Below, piece by piece: positions 11,502 through 19,980 of a stretch of DNA of 32,000 nt; position 1 is the stretch's first letter; every line of letters begins with the position of its first letter. The translations under genes were made by a program, and so were the position numbers. The stretch comes from Bacillus subtilis subsp. subtilis str. 168 (lineage in GTDB: Bacteria > Bacillota > Bacilli > Bacillales > Bacillaceae): the NCBI RefSeq assembly GCF_000009045.1, contig NC_000964.3, positions 3,540,001-3,572,000 on the forward strand, read 5' to 3'. The notes under the pieces are model-generated. The model saw only the letters and a program-made list of their open reading frames with translations, was not told where the DNA came from and did no database searches.

Positions 11502-12363
11502 CATTTCCTCCCGAATGTAAGTTTCCATTATCACGGCGGGTTTTGGTCAAATATCTAAATGCAAAAGAGATCATCAAAGTAACGCCACACGAATGGATCA
11601 TCAATACAGTAATCAAATCAAAATGAACCATGCCGATAGCAGCTGCCGCAAATGCCGGCAGTGCTGATGCGCAAATCGCTATAGAGGCCGCTTCCTTGAA
11701 TGATGCAATAGAGACCATGTTTGATATTTTTGTGATCCAGAGGCCACCTGCAAGAACAAACGTTAACAAAAGCTGGATCATAGAAACCACCGTATATGCC
11801 AGCATCATGATCATCGGCTTATACTGTGCCAACCACAATGTATCGATCAAGACCTCTACATCATGGACGTTTGGTTTCTCGAGCTTAACGTCCATTTTCG
11901 CATAGCCAACAGAAAACCCCGTTTCGTTTTGATCGGTGATCACCAGTTGATCAGGTTGAAATATGATGGCGTTTTCAAATCCAGTTACTTTCAATCGCCC
12001 ATTTTCACCGCTTGTCTCATATTCATGCTTCATATCGACTGCCATCACATTCTGCCCATCTTCAATCCTCTCAGAGCTCTTCCCGCCTGTTAGTTTTCCG
12101 TTCCTGATTTGAAAACCCTGCAATTGATCAGCAAATTGATCATTAACTCCTTGAATCGCTGACGGCATGAAAGATGAAACGCTGAAGCGATCCATTTTCA
12201 CAAACGAAACCGCTAACGGCGCCATTAAGCAGGCCGTTAAAAACAGAAAGAGAAAAGAGAGCTGCAGCCAGCTGAAGGTATTCCCATAGCGGCAAACACC
12301 TGATGGGGATGCAGCCGCCTTCAGGCAGCGGATGATAAAGCTTTTATTCTCCAGATTCTTCAT
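11479..12363 (-). CDS. yvdJ: Polytopic membrane protein of unknown function encoded inside the maltodextrin operon (294 aa)
   Basis: ATG 12363 lies 8 nt after AAAGGGG. The product has one N-terminal helix, a ~130-aa hydrophilic segment, then 4-5 helices. Its 3' end overlaps the mdxK start by 23 nt. Confidence 0.88.
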
Positions 12364-12368
12364 TGGCA

Positions 12369-13205
12369 TTACCCCTTTGTTCCGCCGGCTGTCAAACCGG
12401 ACACAAAGTTCTTTTGGAGAAAAAAGAATAGAACGCATATCGGCAGTGCGGCTAGTATGGCACCGGCTGCAAATAGAGCTACTTTTTGCTGCTGCGGATT
12501 AGAAATAAAGGATTGTAATCCTACAGCGATGGTCAGCCTTTCCGGTGAGCGAAGCAGAAATTTCGTCAGCAAATAGTCGCCAAACGGTGCCATAAACGCC
12601 CAAAGCGCTTGTACCGCGAGCATTGGCTTAACAAGCGGTAGAACAATTGAAGCGAAAATCCTCAGATGTCCCGCTCCGTCAATTCGCGCGGCTTCATCAA
12701 TTTCTCTCGGCACAGTATCAAAATAACCTTTCATCAGCCACGTGTTCATCGGAATTCCGCCGCCGATATAGATCGCTGTTAAAAACCAGTATTGATCGAG
12801 TGCGCCTATTAGCATCGCCAAGACATAAAAAGCAGTCAGCGCCGCCATTGTCGGCACCATTTGAATGATTAAAAAGAATATCAGGCTCTTTTTTCTGCCT
12901 GCAAACCGATAGCGGCTGTACGAGTACCCGGCAAGTGTCACAATCGTAACCTGCAAAACCATGACCGATAGCGCGATGACAAGTGTATTGCTGTACCAAT
13001 TGAGATAAAGCGTTTCGTCAAATAGCCGCTTAAAATGATCCAATGTCCAAGAACCCGAAAAATCGAGCTGAAAAGCCGCCGAATTCCCCACACGGAAGGC
13101 TGATGATGCCGTAATCAGCAACGGATATATAATGACAATACTTAAAAGCGTCAAAAATAAATACGTACAGATTTTATTAAGCATTCTGGCAGTGCTCGCG
13201 TTCAC
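12369..13205 (-). CDS. mdxG: Maltodextrin ABC transporter permease, MalG-type (278 aa)
   Basis: GTG 13205 lies 8 nt after GAGGAGG. EAA loop [23 protein letters not shown]. Confidence 0.93.
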   Translation of the reverse strand: MNASTARMLNKICTYLFLTLLSIVIIYPLLITASSAFRVGNSAAFQLDFSGSWTLDHFKRLFDETLYLNWYSNTLVIALSVMVLQVTIVTLAGYSYSRYRFAGRKKSLIFFLIIQMVPTMAALTAFYVLAMLIGALDQYWFLTAIYIGGGIPMNTWLMKGYFDTVPREIDEAARIDGAGHLRIFASIVLPLVKPMLAVQALWAFMAPFGDYLLTKFLLRSPERLTIAVGLQSFISNPQQQKVALFAAGAILAALPICVLFFFLQKNFVSGLTAGGTKG

Positions 13206-14513
13206 CTACATAACCTCCTCATTGCCAAAAGCATTCGATTTTTTGAAAGCAATCAGTGAAATTCCAATGACAATGAAAGAAATTAACAGTGTCACAGCCG
13301 CCGCAACGGAATATTGGGGTGATGTGCCTGTTGTCAGTTTATAAATCCACGAAATTAAGATATCGGTCGATCCGGCCCCGGCTCCCGCACTGCCTGGCCC
13401 TCCCTCATTAAATAAATAGATGATCGAGAAATTATTGAAATTAAACGTATACTGAGTAATCATCACGGGTGCTGTGGCAAATAAAATCATCGGGAATGTA
13501 ATATGCCGAAAACGCTGAATAAAAGTGGCCCCGTCAATCTTTGCCGCTTCATACAATTCACCTGGAATCGCCTGAAGCACTCCCGTTACCATGACATATA
13601 TATATGGAAAGCCGAGCCACGTTTGAATCATAATGAGGGCTGTCTTTGTCCAGAAAGGATCGGTCTTCCACGCGATCGCAGGCAGCTCGACAAACGGCAG
13701 GTGATTGAATAATGGTATCACCTGTGCATTCACCGCTCCTATGCTGTCGTTAAACATGTTGGAAAAACTCATGATTGTAATAAACGCCGGAACAGCCCAT
13801 GGAAATAAGAAAATCATTCGAAATATCCGCTTGCCTTTTATAAAATCCTGATTGACGAAAAGTGCCGTCACAATACCTAAAATGATTTGCAGCGTTGTTG
13901 CACAGATTGTCCAGATAACCGTCCAGCCCAGTACATTCACAAATGTTTCACGATAGGAGCCAAGGAAAAAAATATTTAAGAAATTTTTAAACCCGACCCA
14001 GTCAATCAGACGATTAGGCGGAATATGATAAAAATCATAGTTTGTTAATGCAACAAACAGAGTCACCAAAACCGGAAAAATAATCACAAACACCATCATG
14101 ATATATGCCGGCAGTGTAAATAGATACGGAAAACCTTTATCGCCCGCATGACAGATCATATCCTTGGCTGTTGTATTGACTTCCAAACCCGCCGCTTTCA
14201 TAGCGGCGGTCTTACGTGAATCATGAATATTAAAGATATAGAACATGAGGAAAATCATTGTCACGATCAATTGCAGCGTGCCTTCAATCAGCATAAACAG
14301 CGAGTGATCTTCACCGGGAACACTTCCCAATGTCATCAATCCGGTTAGCGCCTGTATACCGAAAACGCATAATTCAAAAGCAAACAAGCCTGTGATGGCA
14401 AGAAATAAGAGCCCCTTTGACAACTGCTGATTCGCAATCTGCCCAAGTCCTGGAATGATCGATAAAAGCCCTGCCTTTCGTTTTTGCTTTGTAAGTGTGT
14501 GATGTTTATTCAT
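13206..14513 (-). CDS. mdxF: Maltodextrin ABC transporter permease, MalF-type (435 aa)
   Basis: ATG 14513 follows AGAGGGCGG. EAA loop ELYEAAKIDGATFIQRFRHITFP. The stop abuts the mdxG start. Confidence 0.93.
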   Translation of the reverse strand: MNKHHTLTKQKRKAGLLSIIPGLGQIANQQLSKGLLFLAITGLFAFELCVFGIQALTGLMTLGSVPGEDHSLFMLIEGTLQLIVTMIFLMFYIFNIHDSRKTAAMKAAGLEVNTTAKDMICHAGDKGFPYLFTLPAYIMMVFVIIFPVLVTLFVALTNYDFYHIPPNRLIDWVGFKNFLNIFFLGSYRETFVNVLGWTVIWTICATTLQIILGIVTALFVNQDFIKGKRIFRMIFLFPWAVPAFITIMSFSNMFNDSIGAVNAQVIPLFNHLPFVELPAIAWKTDPFWTKTALIMIQTWLGFPYIYVMVTGVLQAIPGELYEAAKIDGATFIQRFRHITFPMILFATAPVMITQYTFNFNNFSIIYLFNEGGPGSAGAGAGSTDILISWIYKLTTGTSPQYSVAAAVTLLISFIVIGISLIAFKKSNAFGNEEVM

Positions 14514-14552
14514 TTTTCCGCCCTCTATTCTTCCGGACGCTATCCCGCCGTT

Positions 14553-15806
14553 TTATTTCACATACTTTTCTTTAATATTTTCCTTTATGACGTTTACAGC
14601 ATCATTCGCTGATGTTTGTGTCGATTTTTTTCCTGAAGCTGCATCAAAAATTAAACTTTCCGCTCCTGTCCATACTTCAGCCATTTCCGGAATATTTGGA
14701 GTCGGCGTTGCTGTTTCATATTGTTTAATCACAGCTGACGTCAGTTCATTCTTTTGCTCATCGGCTTTCTTCCTTGCAGCCGTGTTGGCCGGAACTTCGT
14801 TTGTATCCTCATAAAAAGCGTAAGCATTGGCATCATTTGCAGCATACTCAAGCCATTTTTCAGCCAGCTCGGGCTCTTTTGTATATTTCGAGGCAACCCA
14901 GCCCTTCCCGCCAGCAAAAGGGGCGTATTCTTCTCCATTTGGCAATGTCGGAATGGGAGCCGCTCCGTAGTTCAATTTAGCCTCTTTATAGTTGGCAGCT
15001 GACCAAGGACCGCCAATGATCGCAGCCGCTTTGCCTTCTAAAAACATCTGCTGAATAAAGTCGTCTGCGCTTGAATTGTCTTGCATTCCTTTCGGCCAAT
15101 ATGTCTCAAACCATTTCTCCGCATATTTCACCGCTTCTACAGCCCCTTTATTGTTCAGGCCGATGTCCCCGGAATCTGTGCCGTTTTTTCCAAACACATA
15201 TCCGCCGTATCCAGCCAATAAGCCGTACGACATATAAAAGTCAGTCCATTTTGCTAAAAATCCGGTTGATTTTCCTTTTTCCGAAGCAAACGCGAATCGA
15301 GGATCTTCCGTTAACTTTTCAAGGTCTTTAAATGTTTTTGGCGCTGTTTTTAAAAGATCTTTGTTGTAATACAAAATAAGTGTCTCAATGACTAGCGGCA
15401 TTCCGTACACTTTGCCGTCAACTGTCACCTGCTGCATTTCTTTATCACCAAAGCTTTTTGTGTTAGATGGCTTAATATCAAGTAAATGTCCTTGTTGTCC
15501 CAAACCGCCGATCCGGTCATATGCAGCAAGCATAACATCAGGCGCATTACCCGCCGGGCCATCAAGAGGAAGCGCTTCTAACTGTTCGAACATTTGCTTT
15601 TCAACAATTTTTACTGTGACATCATTTTCTTTTTCGAACTTTGTTTTTATGCTTTCAATGTATTCTTTATACGTTTCTTCGACAGACACAGTCAGCACCT
15701 TTTTGCCATCAGAGCTTGCTGGATTTTTTGAACTTGAGCAGGCGGCAAGGCCGATTGCCAGGAATGATGCCGCCAATATGGCGAACCCCTTTTTTAAAAG
15801 AACCAT
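14553..15806 (-). CDS. mdxE: Maltodextrin-binding lipoprotein, ABC substrate-binding protein (417 aa)
   Basis: RBS AAGGAGGAAAAGA. The signal peptide has lipobox GLAAC. Confidence 0.94.
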   Translation of the reverse strand: MVLLKKGFAILAASFLAIGLAACSSSKNPASSDGKKVLTVSVEETYKEYIESIKTKFEKENDVTVKIVEKQMFEQLEALPLDGPAGNAPDVMLAAYDRIGGLGQQGHLLDIKPSNTKSFGDKEMQQVTVDGKVYGMPLVIETLILYYNKDLLKTAPKTFKDLEKLTEDPRFAFASEKGKSTGFLAKWTDFYMSYGLLAGYGGYVFGKNGTDSGDIGLNNKGAVEAVKYAEKWFETYWPKGMQDNSSADDFIQQMFLEGKAAAIIGGPWSAANYKEAKLNYGAAPIPTLPNGEEYAPFAGGKGWVASKYTKEPELAEKWLEYAANDANAYAFYEDTNEVPANTAARKKADEQKNELTSAVIKQYETATPTPNIPEMAEVWTGAESLIFDAASGKKSTQTSANDAVNVIKENIKEKYVK

Positions 15807-15855
15807 CTCTTTTCCTCCTTCTATTTACGAAACTATAACAATTGTATTGTCCTAT

Positions 15856-15869
15856 AGAAAGCGGTTACA
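15856..15869. promoter_or_regulatory. cre-like site (CcpA/LacI-family operator candidate) in the mdxD-mdxE spacer
   Basis: AGAAAGCGGTTACA matches the cre consensus TGWAANCGNTNWCA at all specified positions but the first. Confidence 0.45.
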
Positions 15870-15882
15870 ACAACTTTCGATT

Positions 15883-15900
15883 TGTTACCGATAACAGAAT
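15883..15900. promoter_or_regulatory. Palindromic LacI-family operator candidate, copy A
   Basis: TGTTACCGATAACAGAAT is an 18-mer identical to 17759-17776. The core TGTTACCGATAACA is a 14-bp near-palindrome and cre-like. Confidence 0.55.
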
Positions 15901-15901
15901 G

Positions 15902-17671
15902 TTATACAGGGGCGGCAGCACTCAAAATCAAAAATTCTCCCGGCTGAACGGCAATGACATCGTGATGCTGTAGCGGCTGCTCTGTCCATGCATCACAGAT
16001 TTTCTTATTCCTATCAATATTCAACTCTCGTAAACTGACGTGTTGAACCACATTCCCTTGATTAAAGAAATAAATCAGTATTTTTTCATCAAGAGTCCGC
16101 GAAAAGCTAATGAAATCATTTTTGTCGTCCAGCAGATTCCACTCAAGATGTCCTTCAGTCAATAAAGTGTTTTCCTGCTTGCGTAAAGCAATTAACCGTT
16201 TCATAAATTGCAGCATGTCTTGGTTTTGCTTCTCTTTTTCCCAAACCATACATTTCCGGCATAATGGATCATTTTCGCCGTTCAGCCCGATTTCCGTTCC
16301 GTAATAAATGCATGGTGAGCCTGTCTGGGCAAACATAAAGGCCAGCAACGCGCGTGCTTTCTTCTCATCATTGCGGCATCTGGTCAAAAGGCGCTTTGTA
16401 TCATGGCTATCCAGTAAATTAAACATCACCTCATTGGCCTGCTTCATTCCATTCATCAAATGTGCATTGACACGGTGAGCCATACGTGAAGCTGAGATCG
16501 TCTGGTCAGCAAAGTATTCAATCATAGGCTCTGTAAAAGGGTAATTCATCGCCGCATGAAATTCATCCCCTCTAAGCCAGGGTTCGGCAGAATGCCAGAT
16601 CTCACCTAAAATATAAACATCAGGCTTTTCAGTAGATACAGCCTGCCTAAATGTCTTCCAAAAAACGTGATCCACTTCATTTGCGACATCCAAACGCCAG
16701 CCGTCAATGTCAAATTCGCGAATCCAGTACAAAGCAATATCAAGCAAATATTTCTGCACCTCGGGATTAGCCGTGTTTAGCTTCGGCATATCAGCTGTAA
16801 AAGCAAATCTGTCATAATTGTCGTCTGTGACGGGAAAAGAGTGAATATGGAACCAGTCCTTATAGCGGGATTGATCTCCGTTTTTGACGACATCCTGCCA
16901 TTGCGGAGACGCGCTTCCTATATGGTTAAAAACCGCATCAAGCATAATTCTCATCCCCCGCTGATGCAGCTGGCTGACCAATGTACGAAAAAGCTCAGGA
17001 TCCCCGAAATGCGGATCAATAGAAAAGTAATCCAGCGTGTCGTATTTATGATTAGAAGGCGCGGAAAAGATCGGTGTCAGATAAATGCCGTTCACCCCTA
17101 AATCCTCTAAATAATCAAGCTTGTCAACAATTCCTTGTAAATCCCCTCCAAAAAAATCATTGACGTCCGGGTCCTTGCTCCCCCACGGCAATGCATTCTT
17201 CGGTGACAAGTCTTCTCTTCCATTTGCAAAACGCTCCGGAAAAATTTGATACCAAACCGTTGACTTGACCCATTCAGGCGCTTGAAATGTATCAGCCTCG
17301 TGAACAAACGGAAATTTAAAGTAATAATGAATCGTTTCCAGTGTTTTTTCGTTATAAGGGCATACACCCGAACTTCCGAAAAAGATGTCTTCATGATCGT
17401 CTGTTACAACAAACGCATATTGTAAACGCCTAAATGGCGGCACCACTTCAGCAAACCAATAGTCATGCATTTCTGTAGCAGCAATTTTCCTCATCGGCTG
17501 CTCGTTTGCCGACCATTTGCCGTCGTTGTACTCATAGGGATCACCCCAAATGAATCGAATGTGATCTGCATCACCTTTTTTCGTCCGAATCTTGATATGC
17601 ACAGTCCGCCCATCATAAGAATAAGCATCTGTGCTGAATGGCTGGTGATGAATCGCTGCATATTCCATCAT
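15902..17671 (-). CDS. mdxD: Maltogenic amylase / neopullulanase-type GH13 enzyme (588-589 aa)
   Basis: GH13 blocks DAVFNHIG, GWRLDVANE, GEIWH and LLDSHDT are present. Tandem ATGs follow AAAGGGGGA. Confidence 0.94.
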   Translation of the reverse strand: MMEYAAIHHQPFSTDAYSYDGRTVHIKIRTKKGDADHIRFIWGDPYEYNDGKWSANEQPMRKIAATEMHDYWFAEVVPPFRRLQYAFVVTDDHEDIFFGSSGVCPYNEKTLETIHYYFKFPFVHEADTFQAPEWVKSTVWYQIFPERFANGREDLSPKNALPWGSKDPDVNDFFGGDLQGIVDKLDYLEDLGVNGIYLTPIFSAPSNHKYDTLDYFSIDPHFGDPELFRTLVSQLHQRGMRIMLDAVFNHIGSASPQWQDVVKNGDQSRYKDWFHIHSFPVTDDNYDRFAFTADMPKLNTANPEVQKYLLDIALYWIREFDIDGWRLDVANEVDHVFWKTFRQAVSTEKPDVYILGEIWHSAEPWLRGDEFHAAMNYPFTEPMIEYFADQTISASRMAHRVNAHLMNGMKQANEVMFNLLDSHDTKRLLTRCRNDEKKARALLAFMFAQTGSPCIYYGTEIGLNGENDPLCRKCMVWEKEKQNQDMLQFMKRLIALRKQENTLLTEGHLEWNLLDDKNDFISFSRTLDEKILIYFFNQGNVVQHVSLRELNIDRNKKICDAWTEQPLQHHDVIAVQPGEFLILSAAAPV

Positions 17672-17758
17672 GTTTCCCCCTTTGATTTCCGTTTTATTGA
17701 AGCCGGCTCATAGTTTGAAAGTATCATGATGAAATTGTGGGAACAATCCTTTTCACCC

Positions 17759-17776
17759 TGTTACCGATAACAGAAT
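17759..17776. promoter_or_regulatory. Palindromic LacI-family operator candidate, copy B, upstream of mdxD
   Basis: The identical 18-mer TGTTACCGATAACAGAAT lies 88 nt upstream of the mdxD start. It is followed by a weaker cre-like ATAAGGCGCTTACA (17775-17788). Confidence 0.55.
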
Positions 17777-17783
17777 AAGGCGC

Positions 17784-18734
17784 TTACAGCGTTGATTCTC
17801 GTACAATTAACTCTGGTTCAAAAAATAGACTTCCTTGTGCAGCGCCGTCTTCATTCATTTTTTTCAGCAACATTTTCGCACAGGCTTCCCCCATTTCAAC
17901 AACAGGCTGTCTGACCGTAGTCAAGCGCGGCGAGGAGATGCGATCAAGAAACACACCGTCATTCCCGGTAACCGCAACGTCTTCTGGAATTCGCTTTCCA
18001 AGGGATTGCGCCGCACGAATGACGCCGAGCGCGATTCGATCAGATGCGCAGACAAATGCGGCCTGATTGTCCATGGATTTCAGCAGTTCTCTTGCAAGGC
18101 ATTCACTTTTCTTAGAACTGTTGTCGATCCGAAACATATTCGATTTTTTAAAGCTTTTATTCATCGCCCGTATATACCCCTGTTCTCTTGCACGTTCGAA
18201 AGGCTCATCTAAATCAATGCCAAAAAAGACAACTTCCCGCTCCCCCAGCCCCATAACATGGCGGGTTGCCATAAAAGTGCCTTTCTCGTTATTCACATCG
18301 ATAAAGTCATAGCCCATTTCATTTTGTCCAAATACGACGAGCGGCTTCTCAAAAGCTTTTATTACACCTTCAAAATCGTTCTTTCTCAAGCCGGTGGCAA
18401 TAATGCCGTCACATTGGCCAATATTAAGAGAATTTCTTGTCACAAGCTGGAGAGCATAGTGATTGCGATCCAGCTCCCTGCTGATTCCTGTCAGCAGGTT
18501 CATGTAATATGGTTCTGTCGTATCCATTTCCTCAAGTATCAATAGTTTCACAACCTGTGTTCTGTTTTGCACGAGCGCTCTCGCCGCATAATTAGGGATG
18601 TAATTCAGCTCTTTCATCGCAGAATGAACAAGCTTTTTCAATTCATCCGTCACCGTCTCAGGGTGATTGATCACTCGTGATACCGTCATTTTCGAAACAT
18701 TTGCTTTTTTCGCCACATCTGACAATGTTGCCAT
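17784..18734 (-). CDS. mdxR: LacI-family transcriptional regulator of the maltodextrin operon (316 aa)
   Basis: ATG 18734 lies 8 nt after AAGGAGG; the first ATG at 18740 is too close to the SD. HTH ATLSDVAKKANVSKMTVSRVIN. Confidence 0.93.
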   Translation of the reverse strand: MATLSDVAKKANVSKMTVSRVINHPETVTDELKKLVHSAMKELNYIPNYAARALVQNRTQVVKLLILEEMDTTEPYYMNLLTGISRELDRNHYALQLVTRNSLNIGQCDGIIATGLRKNDFEGVIKAFEKPLVVFGQNEMGYDFIDVNNEKGTFMATRHVMGLGEREVVFFGIDLDEPFERAREQGYIRAMNKSFKKSNMFRIDNSSKKSECLARELLKSMDNQAAFVCASDRIALGVIRAAQSLGKRIPEDVAVTGNDGVFLDRISSPRLTTVRQPVVEMGEACAKMLLKKMNEDGAAQGSLFFEPELIVRESTL

Positions 18735-18820
18735 TTTCATCCCCTCCTTATCTGTGCTTATTATCCAAACTAGTGATAAAGTCCTCTATTACTGCTAAAT
18801 ATACGATGCAGGCCAAAGAG

Positions 18821-18853
18821 AAATAAAAAAGAGATTTCCCTTAAGGAAACCTC
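18821..18853 (-). terminator. Rho-independent terminator downstream of yvdD
   Basis: On the minus strand, gaggtttcc-ttaag-ggaaatctc is followed by TTTTTTATTT. Confidence 0.7.
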
Positions 18854-18939
18854 ACTTTGTTAAAAACACTCGATTTTTCATGGATTCATACGCTAGGTGG
18901 CAGACTCATTCTCTCCACTTCCATCAGAAAATCTCTTTT

Positions 18940-19515
18940 TTAAATTTCTGTCCACTTTTTTTCTAAAATCGGATAAGAATAATTTTGCATTTGCTCAATT
19001 AACTCATCCGGCCGTGACGAGCTGTGAATCAGTTTTAGGTGCGATTCGTTAGAAAACCCTTCTTGAATGCTGTATTTCACCATTTTCATCATTGGTTCAA
19101 AATATCCGTTTACATTGTACAGTCCAATTGGCTTTTGGTGGATGCCGATCTGTGCCCAGCACAGCACTTCAAATAATTCTTCATATGTACCGAAGCCGCC
19201 CGGCATCGAGATAAAGCCGTCCGCCAGCTCGCTCATTTTAGCCTTTCGTTCATGCATCCCGTTTACTTCAATCAGCTCAGTCAGATTCTGATGGACAACC
19301 TCCCCGCTGAACAAACCGCTCGGCATGACCCCGATTGCAGTTCCGCCGTTTTCCATAATCGCGTCAGCAATCGTGCCCATCAAGCCTACGCGGGAGCCCC
19401 CATAGACAAGGCCGATTCCCTGCTCAGCCATATACACGCCAAGCTCTGCCGCTTTTCTTTTATACGCTTCATTTCCCCCAGGGTTTGATCCCGCAAATAC
19501 ACAAATGGTTTTCAT
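18940..19515 (-). CDS. yvdD: LOG-family nucleotide phosphoribohydrolase (cytokinin riboside 5'-monophosphate phosphoribohydrolase-like; 191 aa)
   Basis: ATG 19515 follows GGAGATGACAAG. The LOG signature [12 protein letters not shown] and GGSRVGLMG are present. The track start at 19551 has no RBS. Confidence 0.92.
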
Positions 19516-19583
19516 CTTGTCATCTCCGCATCTATATATCGTGTTAAACATTCAAAAACACACTATATATTGTCCCATCTTCA

Positions 19584-19592
19584 TGTGATAAT
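19584..19592 (+). promoter_or_regulatory. Extended -10 element, candidate yvdC promoter
   Basis: TGTGATAAT (TGn + GATAAT) lies 40 nt upstream of the yvdC start. No good -35 is present. Confidence 0.4.
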
Positions 19593-19631
19593 ATCAATAT
19601 GAAATACATAAAGAATGCAGGAGTGATGAGG

Positions 19632-19952
19632 TTGCAGCTGGCTGATGCAGAAAAATGGATGAAAGAGTTTTACGAAAAAAGAGGCTGGACAGAATACGGA
19701 CCTTTTATTCGCGTCGGCTTTTTAATGGAGGAAGCCGGAGAACTGGCCCGGGCTGTCAGGGCGTATGAAATCGGCAGAGACCGGCCGGATGAGAAAGAAT
19801 CGTCACGCGCTGAGCAAAAACAAGAATTGATTGAAGAAATGGGAGATGTCATCGGAAATATCGCCATTCTTGCTGATATGTATGGTGTCTCTTTAGAAGA
19901 CGTCATGAAGGCCCACCAAGAAAAACTGACAAAACGATTTGAGCATGCATAA
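19632..19952 (+). CDS. yvdC: MazG-like nucleoside triphosphate pyrophosphohydrolase (106 aa)
   Basis: TTG 19632 lies 8 nt after GGAG (19620-19623). MazG-type acidic motifs EEAGELARAV and EEMGDVIG are present. Confidence 0.88.
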   Translation: MQLADAEKWMKEFYEKRGWTEYGPFIRVGFLMEEAGELARAVRAYEIGRDRPDEKESSRAEQKQELIEEMGDVIGNIAILADMYGVSLEDVMKAHQEKLTKRFEHA

Positions 19953-19980
19953 AAAAGCGGCCGCGATGGCCGCTTTTTTT
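19951..19980. terminator. Bidirectional terminator between convergent yvdC and yvdB
   Basis: An A6 run, stem agcggcc / ggccgct with loop gcgat, then a T7 run. The yvdB stop codon lies in the T run. Confidence 0.85.

Noticed and set aside
15388-15894. A 168-aa plus-strand ORF antisense to mdxE. Similar long antisense ORFs occur at 10074-10529 (151 aa, in mdxK), 27824-28210 (128 aa, in psdR), 17835-18212 (125 aa, in mdxR) and 8366-8728 (120 aa, in malL).
   Set aside because: Each lies entirely within a well-supported gene on the other strand and has no SD. Each translates to low-complexity, Cys/Ser/Phe-rich sequence with no recognisable motif. These are typical shadow ORFs.
19957-19964. A NotI site (GCGGCCGC) right after yvdC, which could hint at an engineered junction.
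   Set aside because: It forms the core of a perfectly ordinary GC-rich terminator stem flanked by A and T runs and shared by two convergent genes. No vector-like or foreign sequence lies on either side.
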